A stretch of 64,000 nt of DNA. Origin: Hemiscyllium ocellatum. Its lineage: Eukaryota. A program made the translations under genes and the position numbers. Below are positions 49,681 to 63,117 of this stretch, piece by piece; position 1 is the first letter of the stretch, and each line of letters begins with the position of its first letter. The notes beneath the pieces are model-generated. The model did no database searches, had not been told where the DNA came from, and saw only the letters and a list, made by a program, of their open reading frames with translations. The stretch is taken from the NCBI RefSeq assembly GCF_020745735.1, contig NC_083412.1, positions 66,678,320-66,742,319 on the forward strand. The letters run 5' to 3'.

Positions 49681-51231
49681 ATTAAACAGTACAACTCACC
49701 TAATTAATATTCAGCTTCCTATCTTACCAAACATAGCAAACAAAATAGACATTGAGAATTCTCAACATGGCAGTCAGAGCAGGTACTTGGTGACTTCAGC
49801 TTTGCACATGCTCCAAAGGACCAGTCTACTGGTCACTGGACACCAATACCTCAGGGTACTCTCAATGGACACTGACCACTGCACCCCATATTCACACACT
49901 TTGGCAAATGACATTGCCAGTTCTAAGAACATTCATGGCATATCTCTGATTCGCTTCCAGGATGTTTGTACACTTCACTGCTCGACCTTGGGCTGTACCG
50001 GTAACAAGTCCAGCTCAGTAACAGCACTGTGCATCATCTACAATAGGCAGTGCAGAAATTCACCAAGGGTCCTTCACCATCCCCTTTCAAGATGACAACC
50101 ACTAATATCTAGAATGAAAAGATAGCAGATGTAATGGATTGCCATTCCCTGCAAATGCCACTCAGCATCCTGACTTAGAAATATATTGCCATTTCTTCAA
50201 CACGACTGGATCAAAATGCTGGAACTCACTCCCTACAATTTGTAAATGTTGAGAACCAATGAGCACCTTATGTCATGTGTCTTCAGGCATCTTCATTGCT
50301 AATCAAGCAACTAACTGGGAACCTTGCCTGCAAACAGACTCTTAATGCGGTGAATGTCCCTCCATCAAAAATTGCCAGCCAATCATTCAGAGACCAGTAT
50401 ATCTTCATTGTTCAGCAACACCACCAGGAAACTGTGGCCATTGTTGGTAATGCACCTGAGGCACAGAATCATTGAGTGTCAGGGGCAAAACAGATGAACG
50501 TTGATGGGTGCTGTGGGGGAAAATGTCACAGAAGATAGAAGGTTTAACATTATGGGCAGAGGTTGATATTCAGTTGGCTTTGTCCCCACCCCTCTGTAAC
50601 TGAGGTTGGGTTTCTTAAATAAGCACTGAGTGCCTATGAAGTCCATAAGCAACTCTGGTAGAGTTTAATTTTTGAACTTCTCACATGGCAATCCACCTGT
50701 CCAATCGTGCCTATATGAACACCAGCAGTTGTGGCATGCAGCCTTTATGAGGGCATTTATTTCCAACATTCAGGCTTTGATTGACAGGAAGGTCACCCAC
50801 AAGCCATCTAGTCATGGATCTGATTGGGGTCAGAGGTGGGTGGTTGGCCAGTTCCCACCTCCAACCCAACATTGAATGCTCTCTCTCCACCAGATTTGCC
50901 ACAATAGAGGGCATTAAAATACAAAGGTGAGCTATTGGATTTGGAGGGCACATGACAATGAAATTCAATTCAGAAAATGGTAAACTGTATATTTGTATGG
51001 GGAAAATAAGGAGCAGTAAGTTATCACTCACAGTTGCCCATTTAACAATGTTCTTTTTTAATGTCAAAAAGTCAACAGAGCCTGTATTCTCATTGAGCAT
51101 CGTAAGATTTATTTTAATGTTGTGTCCCATGTGATTGGTACTACTTTGGAGATACTTGCCCTGTTTTCTAACTCTCCAACTTAAGACTGTCACCTCGTGC
51201 CTACAACTTTCTGACATTTGAACTAATTTCT

Positions 51232-51947
51232 GGTACCTTCCTCTGCAACCGCAAGAAATGCAAAACTTGCGCCCACAACTCCCCCCTTACTTCCCTCCAA
51301 GGCCCCAAGGGATCCTTCCATATCCATCACAAATTGACCTGCACCTCCATACACATCATTTACTGCATCCGCTGTACCCAGTGTGGCCTCCTCTATATTG
51401 GGGAGACAGGCCGCCTACTTGCGGAACGTTTCAGAGAACACTTCTGGAACATCCGGACCAACCAACCCAATTACCCCCTAGCTCAACGCTTCATCTCCCC
51501 CTCCCACTCCACCAAGAACATGCAGGTCCTTGGACTCCTCTATCGCCAGACCATAGCAACACGACGACTGGAGGAAGAGCGCCTCATCTTCCGCCTAGGA
51601 ACCCTCCAACCACAAGCGATGAACTCAGATTTCTCCAGTTTCCTCATTTCCCCTCCCTCCACCTTGTCTCAGTCCCAACCCTCGAACTCAGCACCACCTT
51701 CCTAACCTGCGATCTTCTTCCTGCCCACTCCGGCCTATCACCCTCACCTTATCACCCTCACCTTAACCTCCTTTCACCTATCGCATTTCCAACGCCCCTC
51801 CCCCAAGTCCCTCCTCCCTACCTTTTATCTTAGCCTGCTTGACACACTTTCCTCATTCCTGAAGAAGGACTCATGCCCAAAAACATCGATTCTCCTGCTC
51901 CTTGGATGCTGCCTGTGCTGCGCTTTTCCTGCAACACATTTTCAGCT
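51232..51947 (+). mobile_element. Penelope-like element 3' fragment (GIY-YIG and terminus)
   Basis: ORF 51334..51705: IIYCIRCTQCGLLYIGETGRLLAERFREH...LEEERLIFRLGTLQP. Confidence 0.92.
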
Positions 51948-52629
51948 CACTCCCAAAAGGCCTAGTTGCCCAAGGTCTGCTCAGGAGCTACATTCCCTTT
52001 AAGCTTTCCTGCCATTGTGTAGACCCGCTGAGCCACACAACTTAGAGAGAACATTATCAGGGATCTTTTACCCATAAGGCTCCACCCTGCCTACTTGAAC
52101 TACCATTAGTTCCAGGCCACATTGTAGATGCTTGCTGATAGATCTTTATGAGTTGTTAGAAACAATGTTCTTCCTTGTTGGCCTCTCAAACAGGTGAAAC
52201 TGCCCCTCTTGATCAGTTGCAGGGCCTTGAACTTCCTCCCACTCCTCAGGCATCACAGGCTTTTTCTTGTTAATACTCTCCCCCTCCCCCATCTCTGTGG
52301 AGGTCACAAGCAGAAGGTCAGAAAGGAGGGGGATCCCCAGTAATCAGGGAATGGGAGGTTCCTGAAGCAAGTTCAGTGATGGGCAGGAGATTTTGTATTA
52401 TTATTAGAACAGTACAATTTTTGTTCATAGTTTTTGACTTACTTTTTATTCTGGAAGTTATTTATTTTGCCAATATAAGAAGCTAACAATGTAAAATATC
52501 TCAACAAAGGTACAATGTTTTTCAATTTTTCTTATGCTAAGCAAACCCTACAGAACCTAACTCTGGATTTGACATTGGTTTTGTTGGGAGTTAATGCTCA
52601 CTTGAAATATTTTCTCATAAAATATTTTC

Positions 52630-52920
52630 CAGGAACATAACTTGAAGTGAAAACCTGTCGTACATCTGAAACTGAATTTTAAAAGGGATGCAAAAACATG
52701 AGATGCCTGAGGCCGTACATACACAAGTCTTTAAAGGTCACAAAGAATTTAACAAAGAATAACTGAAGGCCACAGATTTAAAAGCTAACGCCAGAAGAAT
52801 CAGAGATGACGTGAAGAGAAACGTTTTTATACAATGAGTGGTTAGGATTTCAAATGCACTGTCTGATTGGGTGATGGATAAAGATTCAATATTAGCCTTT
52901 GAAAGGGAAATGAATCCACC
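52630..52920 (+). mobile_element. Decayed CR1 3' fragment
   Basis: aaacgtttttatacaatgagtggttaggatttcaaatgcact...gcctttgaaagggaa. Confidence 0.55.
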
Positions 52921-53356
52921 TTGTTTCAATTCCTCCTACTTCTCACTTAAAGTCCTTAAACTTTACTATGCATACAAAAACAACACATTTCGCATTGCTT
53001 TCTCCCACAGTCTATTCATTGAATGACCTCTCATGTTCAATGATTTACATCTCCATCTTAACTGCACTCCAGATGTATTTCCCTGCCAAATCTTCTTCCT
53101 TTTTTATATTCTATGCTTAACATATGTAAGCCAACAGTTCATTAAGCTTTTTATAAATATTTATCACTGATTACTCCATTTTAGTGATCGGTGCTCATTA
53201 ACGCTATGAGCTGATTCTTACCTGTTTTTGGCTGTGTACATTTTATCGCGATTCATTGTGAATTTCTCTCAACTATGCCTTTTGAGTTTTATTTGTCCAA
53301 AACCCACCACACTTGTGCCATTCACTTCCAATGCTAGCTCAATTCTACGAGTCACC

Positions 53357-54098
53357 ATAGAGTCATAGAGATGTACAGCATGGAAACAGACCCTTCGGTC
53401 CAACCCATCCATGCCGACCAGATATCCCAACCCAATCTAGTCCCACCTGCCAGCACCCGGCCCATATCCCTCCAAACCCTTCCTATTCATATACCCATCC
53501 AAATGCCTCTTAAATGTTGCAATTGTACCAGCCTCCACCACTTCCTCTGGCAGCTCATTCCATACACGTACCACCCTCTGCATGAAAAAGTTGCAACTTT
53601 GGTCTCTTTTGTATCTTTCCCCTCTCACCTTAAACCTTCAGGTGAATTGGCCATGCTAAATTGCCCATAGTGTTAGGTAAGGGGTAAATGTAGGGGTATG
53701 GGTGGGTTGCGCTTCGGCGGGTCAGTGTGGACTTGTTGGGCCGAAGGGCCTGTTTCCACACTGTAAGTAATCTAATCTAATCTATGCCCTGTAGTTCTGG
53801 ACTCCCTGACCACAGGGAAAAGACTTTGCGTATTTACCCTATCCATACCCCTCATAATTTTGTAAACCTCCATAAGGTCACCCCTCAGCCTCTGACACTC
53901 CAGGGAAAACAGCCCCCACCTGTTCAGCCTCTCCCTATAGCTCAAATCCTCAACCCTGGCAACATCCTTGTGAACCTTTTCTGAACACTTTCAAGTTTCA
54001 CAACATCTTTCCAATAGGAAGGAGACCAGAATTGCACACAATATTCCAACAGTGGCCTAACCAATGTCCTGTACAGCCGCAACATGACCTCCCAACTG
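53357..54098 (-). mobile_element. CR1 3' fragment with a nested, oppositely oriented SINE 3' half
   Basis: Close to 16962-17600 in sequence; interrupted at 53638-53783. Confidence 0.9.
53638..53783 (+). mobile_element. 5'-truncated young HE1-type SINE
   Basis: Reverse complement of 63118-63265 almost exactly; (aatct)n tail. Confidence 0.9.
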
Positions 54099-55152
54099 CC
54101 CAGATATCCCAGAACAGACCAGCATCTCTCATTCATGTCCCTGCCCAGGGATGGCGAAGGTTGAGTTTTAAAGGTGTCCTGATCTGGGATATTGCTGCCT
54201 AATGTCCAAGGTGACAACCTGGAGGAGAATGAAGGAAGACTAAATTGGCAGGTTCCTGCTCTGACTTTCATGTTGAGAATTGTCACCATTTAATTTCCTT
54301 AAAGTGGGTGATACGTTAGCAAGCTGTATATGAATAAGGGTGAGATCATAGTTAATGAGGTTGACAACTCATTATAATTCCCCACGAATAGGCGTCTCAC
54401 CGTTTCCTAGTGAGGTCGCATCTAACTATTGCCCAACCTCAAGAAAGGCCTCAGTGGACTTGTTCCACAATTCTCCTAGATTGCTCGTCATAGTCTACGT
54501 CATTCAGGGCCCAATACAATTCTTCCTTCCATCATTTTGCAGCTACCATGATTCTCAGGTTTTATTATTTAAAAAGCAATACTTAGTTTTATCAATTATT
54601 GTATTTAAAATGGATGGTTTTAGAGTTAGCAATGTTGATCATTTACACGACAGCTTAAGATGTTTAGAAATTAATAAGGACATTGACGTCAACCGTATTT
54701 GTGACTCATGAGCAAACACAAAGGGAGAGTTGAATATCTCTAACCTAAATACTTTTCATTGCAATCATTTGGCTACTCAGTAATAGCTCATCTGCCAGTT
54801 GTGGTTTTGGCTATCTTTAGCAAACACCCTCCAGCCTCTCTGCCTCCAATGTGGTCTCACTCACCACCCTAACTGGTGAATCAGATCTAACATTGATCAG
54901 CTAAAAGGTCACAGTCTAATTTGACTTTCTTTAGTGTCTATTTGTGTCCTTTTGGCCAACCCACACAGAATCTTCAGAATTAGCCAATATTCTTTAAAAC
55001 CATCAAACTTAGTGCATGAATTAGAAATTAGGGATGTCAGTATTCAAGAGAATCAAAATACCTTTGTGGGATTATGACAAAAGCATTTATAATTTCCCCA
55101 CCTATTTCCTTTAAAATCTTCAGACAGAAGCGATCAGGTTCTGGGGATTTGT

Positions 55153-55608
55153 CAGTCATAGAGTCATAGTCATACAATTATACAGCATGGAAGCAGACCC
55201 ATTGTTCCAACCAGTCCATGCCAACCATAATCACAAACTAATCTAGTCCCACTTGCCTCCATAGCACTTCAAACATTTCTTATTCATGTACTTATCCAAA
55301 TATCTTTTAAACACCCATCATATCCTCTGGAAGCTCATTCCACACACAAATCACTCTCTGTATAGAAAGATTGCTCCCATGTCTTTTTAAAATCTTTCTC
55401 CTCTCACCTTAATAATATACTTTCTATTCTTGAAATCCCCCATCCTAACAAAAAGATATCTGCCATTCACCTTATCCATACCCCTCATGATTTTATATAC
55501 CTTTATTAGGTAAGCCCTCAATCTTCTATGCTCCAGTGAAAACAGTCCTGACCTATCCAGGGTCTCCTTATAACTCAAATCCTCCACTGCCAGCAACATC
55601 CTGGTAAA
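55153..55608 (-). mobile_element. CR1 3' fragment
   Basis: ORF 55387..55599 (EDLSYKETLDRSGLFSLEHRRLR). Confidence 0.87.
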
Positions 55609-55679
55609 TATTAGTGAGTTCCAATTTTTGGTTTGTAATTAGGTTGCTTGTATAAACTTTAAAAGAATATCATTTTTCT

Positions 55680-55916
55680 TGAATTAACTCCTCACAGGCC
55701 AATATCCAGTCACCAAGGCACCTTTTATTTACACGTGAATAGATATTGACTTTAGTACCGCCTTTTTCGGAGTCAAATATCAGAGAGTCAGTATCTCTGC
55801 CATTATCCCTTTTTATTTGTCAGCCAGGGCTCTCCCGAATGGACCAGATTAACAGCCTGATCAGAGAACCCATGTTCTATGAAGACCAGCCGACTGGCTT
55901 CATCACAATCACTACA
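55680..55916 (-). mobile_element. Solo LTR of a Gypsy-type LTR retrotransposon
   Basis: TG...CA termini (minus strand TGTAGT...AATTCA), internal AATAAA, perfect 5-bp TSD tttct (55675-55679, 55917-55921). Confidence 0.85.
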
Positions 55917-56724
55917 TTTCTCTATTTGGAGGACTGACAGAAAGTAATTACTCAACAAGTCAGTCATTTGTAATTTGCTGTTGCAGTACTTTCTTTCTTC
56001 ATGGGATTTGCGAATTGATATTAGGCAGCATTTGCTGCCCATTCCTAATCATCCAGAGGACAATTGAGGATCAATCACATTGCTATGGGTCTGGAGTCAC
56101 AAGTAGGCCAGATCAGGTCAGCATGGCAGATATCCTTCCCTAAAGGACTCTGATGAACTTAATGAGAGTTTCTAATCCAATCAACTGTGTTTGCATAGTC
56201 ACTGTCAGGATAACTTTTTATTCCAGAATTTTGTTGATTTCAGATTTTACCATCTGCCATTGTTGGATTAAAATTCAGAATTTGATTGCGTGTTCAGTGA
56301 CAATTACATTACCACTTCTCCTTATTTGCAGAATTACCCATACCTGTTTAAACATACAAAATAAGCTTTATTTGTCAAACCTATCATTTGGAACTGAGGA
56401 CAGATGGATAACTGGAAGTTACTCCTTGACTAGACAGACCAAGACAACAAAACACTTATATTTGTCATGGCAGCAACTTGTATTTATATAATATCTTCCA
56501 TGGAATAAAGTATCAAAAGCTGCTTCACATGAGAGCTATCAAGCAAAATTTATAGATAATTAGTGATCAAAAGCTTGAGCAAATAGGTAGCTTTTAAAAG
56601 CACATTAAAGATGGCAGGGGAATTTGGAAATGGAGTTCCAAAGCTTAAGGCCTGAGCAGTTGAAGGTACAGCCAATGTTGGAGCAGGTAACAGTTGTGTA
56701 CTTTCCAATTTCATTGAACTAATA

Positions 56725-57105
56725 TTATAGAATCCCTACAGTGTGGAAGCAGACCATTCAGCCCACTGAGTCCACACCACTCCTCCAATGGGCAGTCCAA
56801 CCAGACCCATTCCTGAAGAAGAACTCATGCCCGAAACATTGACTGTCCTGCTCCTTGGATGCTGCCTGACCTGCTGCGCTTTTCCAGCAACACATTTTCA
56901 GCCCATCCCTGTAATCCTGCATTTCCCCTGACCAATCCCCTAAATCTGCATATCTTTGGACAGTGGGAGGAAACCCACACAGACACGGGGTGTATGTGCA
57001 AACTCCATACAGCCAGTCGCCCAAGGGTGGAATTAAACCTGGGTCCCTGGTGCTGTGAGACAGCAGTGTTTACTACTGGTCTGTGTCCACTGTGCCGCCC
57101 AGTCT
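56725..57105 (-). mobile_element. HE1-like SINE with a nested PLE terminus (about 56810-56900, plus)
   Basis: SINE head and tail flank cctgaagaagaactcatgcccgaaac...ccagcaacacattttcag. Confidence 0.8.
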
Positions 57106-57639
57106 AACATGAAACATAATGGCATTTCTGACACGAGGAAGTAGCAATACTTACATCTAGAAGAATTGTTTTTAGAAACCCTGAGATGATTCTGAAATGC
57201 TAATTTAATGCTATACCTGAACTGGTCCTGGTTTGAATAAAGAAAATAAATTGTTGAAAATTGATCTTCTTAATTTTTTCATGCATGCACAAATTCATTG
57301 TTTTAAAAACATGTTTTTTTTCTAACAACAGTTCCTGAGGGTTGACCAGCAATACACAAATAAAAACGGAAGAAGATCAGACTAGTCTCTGACCTTTAAA
57401 ATGGTCTACATTTCACCTGATGCTTTAAATGACCCAAAGTGGGGATGGTGAGCGAGCTAATACTGATGTATTGAGAGGAGGAAGGATGTTTACTGAGAGC
57501 AGCTGAAGCAACATCAGAAAACTACCTATCACTGAGTAGTCAAATGTCTTTAATAAGAAAGAATGGCCAGAACAGAAATATCAATAATAACATCATCTTC
57601 ATTTATATAGCACTATGAGATCATAAAATATCTTTTATC

Positions 57640-58600
57640 TGGTCATGGAAGTGCTTCCCAGATGGATGGGAAACCTTTTGTTCAAAGACGAGAACAAGAG
57701 TGACAACACTCACGGAACTTCAGTATGCAGATGAGAACTTCACCTGTGCTTTCTCGGAGGGGAATCTTCAAGCCTTAAAGCCTTCACAGGAACGTACTGA
57801 AGAATCGGTCATAGCCTCAACCTCAAAAAGACTCAAATCATTTTTCCAACCCATCACTGGGCATCCCTCCATTAAGATCAATGGAGAAATTCGGCCAAAA
57901 GCATTTCCCCTCCTTGGGCAAGGCCGATGTGGAGATCCAATACCACACACAAGTGCTGCTTTCAAGCTCCTAGCGATGACAGTAACATCTGTACTGGAAC
58001 CAGAATCCTTGTGTATAAGGCTGCCATCCTTCCGACTCTTCTATTTGGTTCTGAAACTTGACCTATGTGTCTAGATTCCACCTCAGAACCATGGAGAAGC
58101 ATCAAGAATGCTGTTTAGATGGATTCTCCACATTAGCTGGGAGGACGGGCATACTAATATTAGATTCTGGATCAGTGGTGCTGGAAGAGCACAGCAGTTC
58201 AGGCAGCATCCTGCCTTGAAGAAGTTTTCCTCCTCTCTCTCCAAGAATCTCAGGGAGTCCCTCTCCCACTGCAACACCCAGGTCACTTCCTTTGCCCTGA
58301 AGCTCTTCTCTATGCTACTCTCTCCCCGCCCCACCCTCCTCTAGCTTATCTCTCCATGCTTCCAGCTCACTGCCTTTATTCCTGATGAAGGGCTTTTGCT
58401 CGAAACGTCGATTTCGCTGCTCGTTGGATGCTGCCTGAACTGCTGTGCTCTTCCAGCACCACTGATCCAGATTCTGGTTTCCAGCATCTGCAGTCATTGT
58501 TTTTACCATACTAACATTAGAGTCCTTGACGGATGCTTGAGCTTTAGCTGCCAAAATAAACAGTCTACACCAAGGATTAAAAGGAGGACAAAGGAAGCTG
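57640..58600 (+). mobile_element. RTE-clade (BovB-like) LINE fragment, interrupted by a PLE at 58165-58506
   Basis: LTELQYAD, LNLKKT/FFQP, KINGE, YKAAILPTLLFGSET, ILHISWEDGHTN are RTE RT C-terminal motifs. Confidence 0.78.
58165..58506. mobile_element. Short PLE insertion with inverted terminal copy
   Basis: 58166-58214 is the reverse complement of about 58427-58471. 15-bp TSD catactaatattaga (58150-58164) / catactaacattaga (58507-58521). Confidence 0.85.
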
Positions 58601-58638
58601 TTCAAAAATTCCCTGAAGGTTTCCCTCAAGAAATGCAA

Positions 58639-59632
58639 CATAGATTAGATTAGAGCATAGAACATAGAACAATACAGCGCAGAACAGGCCCTTCGGCCCT
58701 CGAGGTTGCACCTGCCTGTGAACTATTCTCAGCTCGTTCCCCCTACACTATCCCAAAATCATCCATGTGCTTATCTAAGGATTGTTTAAATCTCCCTAAT
58801 GTGGTTGAGTTGACTACATTAGCAGGTAGTGCATTCCACGCCCTTACCACACTCTGCATAAAGAACCTGCCTCTGACATCTGTCTTAAATCTATCACCCT
58901 TCAATTTGTAGTTATGCCCCCTCGTACATGCTGACATCATCCTAGGAAGAAGACTTTCACTGTCTATCCTATCTAATCCTCTGATCATCTTGTACGTCTC
59001 TATCAAATCCCTCTTAGCCTTTTTCTTGCCAATGATATCAGGCTCAAGTCTCTCAGATTTTCCTCATAAGACCTTCCCTCCAGACCAGCCAACATCCTTA
59101 TAAATCTCCTCTGCACCTTTTCCAATGCTTCCACATCCTTTGCAAAATATGGAGACCAGAACTGTGCACAATATTCCAAGTGTGGCCGCACCGATGTTTT
59201 ATATAGTTGCAGCATGATATTGCGGCTCCGGAACTCAATCCCTCTACAAACAAAACCTAACACACTGTATGCCTTCTTAACAGCAGTATCCACCTGCGTG
59301 GCAACTTTCAGGGATCTATGTACATGGACTCCAAGATCCCTCTGCACATCCACACTACCAAGAATCTTTCCATTGACCCAGTTCTCTGCCTTCCTGTTAT
59401 TCTTCCCAAAGTGCATCACCTCACATTTAGCTGCATTGAACTCCATTTGCCACTTCTCAGCTCAATTCTGCAGTTTATCCAAGTCCCCCTGCAACCTGTA
59501 ACATTCATCCACACTGTCCACTACTTTACAAATTTACTAATCCATCCACTTACACTTGCATCTAAGTCATTTATAAAAATGACAAAGAGCAGTGTTCCTA
59601 AAACAGATCCTTGTGGCACACCACTTGTAACC
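58639..59632 (-). mobile_element. CR1 LINE 3' 1 kb (family of 20510-21591)
   Basis: ORFs 59003..59446 and 58743..59006; tail (ttctatg)n. Confidence 0.93.
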
Positions 59633-60236
59633 AATTCAAAACATTAACACTATTTCACACTCCACAGATGCTACCAGGCTTGCTCTGTTTCTTCAACACT
59701 GTTTAGCCCGCAGCAGCTCTTTTTCCAAATGGCAATGTTTCATGTAACCCTAAGCATGAATGTATTAGGATAGTCAATCCCATCTTTGATGATAATAAAG
59801 GTTTTGGAAATTTTGTTTAGGAACGCTTGCTTGCTAATTTGAGAAATGTTAAGTATTCTGATTTTACACCATATTTACAAATAAGCGAACTTAGATCCAT
59901 AGCTTTGAGAAGTTTATGCTCATTTTGTTTTAGAATACGGAATTACTTAACATATCACAAGCTTGAAGTGGCACATTGAACATATGCACACATGTAACAA
60001 GCTGTAATTTGCAATGCATAAACACAATGTGGCTCAGAAACACAAACTCCACCAGGACTGATGTCAGGACTGGGTTATTTGGTAATCTATTGAATGGGTA
60101 TCCTGACATGAAATCATTTCCATTAGAACAATGCAATAATAGCCCATCTGCTGCCACGCAAACAATACTCCTGTCAGTTCCAGTGGTATTGTTAAAAATG
60201 TCAACTCTCATGCTGCATCACCAGATCAAAATACAG

Positions 60237-60538
60237 TAGATTATTTACAATGTGAAAGCAGGCCCTTCGATCCAACAAGTCCACACCAACCCCCAAAGCG
60301 CAAACCACACAGACCCATTCCTCTACATTTAACCCTTCACCTAACACTACAGGCAATTTACCACAGCCAATTCACCTAACCTGCACATTTTTGAACTGTG
60401 GGAGGATACCGGAGCTCCCGGAGGAAACACACGGAGAACGTGCAAACTACACACAGAGAGTCGCCTGAGGCAGGAACTGAACCCAGGTCTCTGGCGCTGT
60501 GAGGCAGTCATGATAACCACTGTGCCACCGTGCCGCCC
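60237..60538 (-). mobile_element. Full-length HE1-type SINE
   Basis: ggcggcacggtggcacagtggttatc head, conserved core and tail. Confidence 0.92.
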
Positions 60539-63117
60539 AATGTCTGAGATCCCTCACCCAGAAGAATCCGAGTTGGAGGAATTTTCTGACAATTTTTCAA
60601 GAACATCCATCAGCAAAAGGGAAAGGAACTGGAGAAAGGAATGTGAGTGATCTCAAGGCCAAGGACCACTTCCATCTGCCAGAAACACCTGCCAGGTATG
60701 TGGTCTGAGATGTGACTCTAGGATCAGACTCTTCAGACGTGCAAGGGTCCACAGAATCCACAGAATCCACAGATTTTCCCGATGCGCAATCATGTTCATT
60801 AATGAGAGATTGCTGACGACAACTAAAACATCCCAAGGCTTTTCGTGGGAGCATTACAAACCAAAGTGAACGTCAAGCCTAATGGGAGATATCAGAGCTG
60901 ATGACCAAATGATTGGTTGAACAAATAGGTCTTAAGGAATATCTTAAAGGAGGATAGAGATGCAATGAGGTTTGGGTGAAGATTTCCACAGCTTAGGCAC
61001 CTGAAGGCATGATTAAAAGTGGAGATGTGCAGGAGCGTGATATTGGAGGAGTATAAAAATCTCGGAAGGCCTTGTAGCTAAGTAAGGGTATCACCATGGA
61101 GGGATTTGAAGAAAGGCTGACAATTTTAAATTGAGGACAAGGATGAGCTCAATGCTTTTATGGTAATCTTGTCACCTCACAATACAAGCTCTAATGCAGA
61201 AGCTAAAACTACACTTTCAATGTAACTACCTTCCAATTAGCCATCTGAGTCAGGCCATTTGTAACTGTAGGAATCATCTGGACCTCACACTAACAGTCCA
61301 GACCAGACAGGCATTCCAAGAGAGATTACACAGTAACAGGAATTCAGAAAAGTAAGACAGAGCTTGCCAAATGTAAAATTGAGAAAATAGATGGAGACCA
61401 GAAGGATTATCGAATGGATCGGCAGCCGGTGAGGAAAAAACTCTTTATCCAGATTCAAAAGATCCGTAGGGCAGAGCAGTGGATGCTGGCCAGCCCCCTG
61501 TGAGATCCCAAACCAGGGAGAAATATCAGGCAGTAAAGGAGGCTGGTATTCCATGGATGAGCAGGTGCTCTGACTAACCAACACCATCTCTTCTATCTAG
61601 AAGGAGACCAGGGAGTCTCTCAGAGGGGCAGACAGATGCTGAGGGGTGAGTGGAGAAAACATAGGATAGCACAACTGAAATTGGACATCTATCTTAGGAT
61701 AATGATATCCCAAAGGTCTGGTAGAGGACGTAGTCCCTCCTAAAGTACCAGAATCAGTCATTCACACCACTGAAGGTCCACCGCTTTGGCAGCTGCCAGA
61801 GGACTGGTTCAAGTGAAGATAAAACAGAATCCAGTCAGCTGTTGAGTGTCTACCAAAAGCTAGATACATCTGAAGACAGCTAGGAGGAGTCTGTTGAGAA
61901 GAGGTCACTGGATGATCACTCAGTTGAATCATCAGTTGCTAAACCAGCAGGCGTCAGAATCTTAAACGCAAAGGCCCAGTTAATACGCCTCCGTAAAGAG
62001 CAGAGAAAGGATTTGGCCACGGTGCTTGTACAATTTAAAGATAGGATTCTCACACTAATAGCCCCTGATGCGGACATTGGAGCACCATTTGTGTTTATCT
62101 TCTTAATCTCTAGGGCTGGGGTGGAAGTGTGAGTGGTGTGTGGAAATATCACCAAACCTTTATAAAGAAGCAAAAACACAAAAACTGCTTCTTGCTTTTT
62201 TATTCACAGGATGTGGGTATTACTTGCTAAGACTGCATTAATTGCTTATACTTAAATACCCTCAAGAAGTTGATGGTGAGCAGCCTTCTTGAACCAATGC
62301 CATCCATTTTGTGTAGTTACACTCAGCATCACTGAATGAATACCATTGTGTGTGTCTTTCCTATATTTCCCTTTTCTTTGGTATGGCTGAGAGAATGATT
62401 GTATACTTTCTTTAATTTGTCACTTCTATTCAGATTTGTTTTTTAAGAAATAAGATAGTTTTTTTTGCCAAGGACACGTCATTATGGCCTGAGGGCATAG
62501 ACAGAAACCCCAAGGAAAACTGTTCTCTATTTTCAGATTAACAATTAAATTAAAAATGGACAGGCTTGCTGGACTCTAAAAATGGCCAAAAGTAACCACG
62601 TGATCAGATTTTCAGTAGCTTCTGAACCCCATGCATTGTATAGATTAGCCCAGGCTGACACAAAGGACACGGAGACAAGTCATCTGTTTGCAGCAGGTCT
62701 GGACAAAGGAAACCATCAAGGCCAATTATGCAATAATGAGCATTAGTACTTTTACAGTTACCTCATCACCTTGCAATGGAAATCCTAATGAGGGAGACAG
62801 AAATACACTATTAGCTTGATGACCTTCCAGTTAGCCAACTGAGAAACTTGGCCTTGTCTCAACAAAAATCAGAAAATTGCTTGCATGTGTAGTTCTGGAA
62901 TTCTAAGTCAGTTGCCTTGGCAGCACAAGATGAGCAACTGCAGGCCTTATCAGCTAGAAGGGCTGTTGTTTATCTCTTTCTCTGTATCACAAAACTCACA
63001 TCATGAGGAAGATCATCTGCTTTCCAGCTGCCAGGAAAGTAATTCACTACACAATCAGCCAATTTACATGGGATTCCAACCCATGTAAATTAATGCCATG
63101 TGTTTACTTGTTTTTTT

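Noticed and set aside
59940-62130. Ser/Glu-rich plus-strand frames (about 60545-60860, 61880-62130)
   Set aside because: Interrupted by stops and unassignable; possibly a decayed retroelement ORF, but unsupported.
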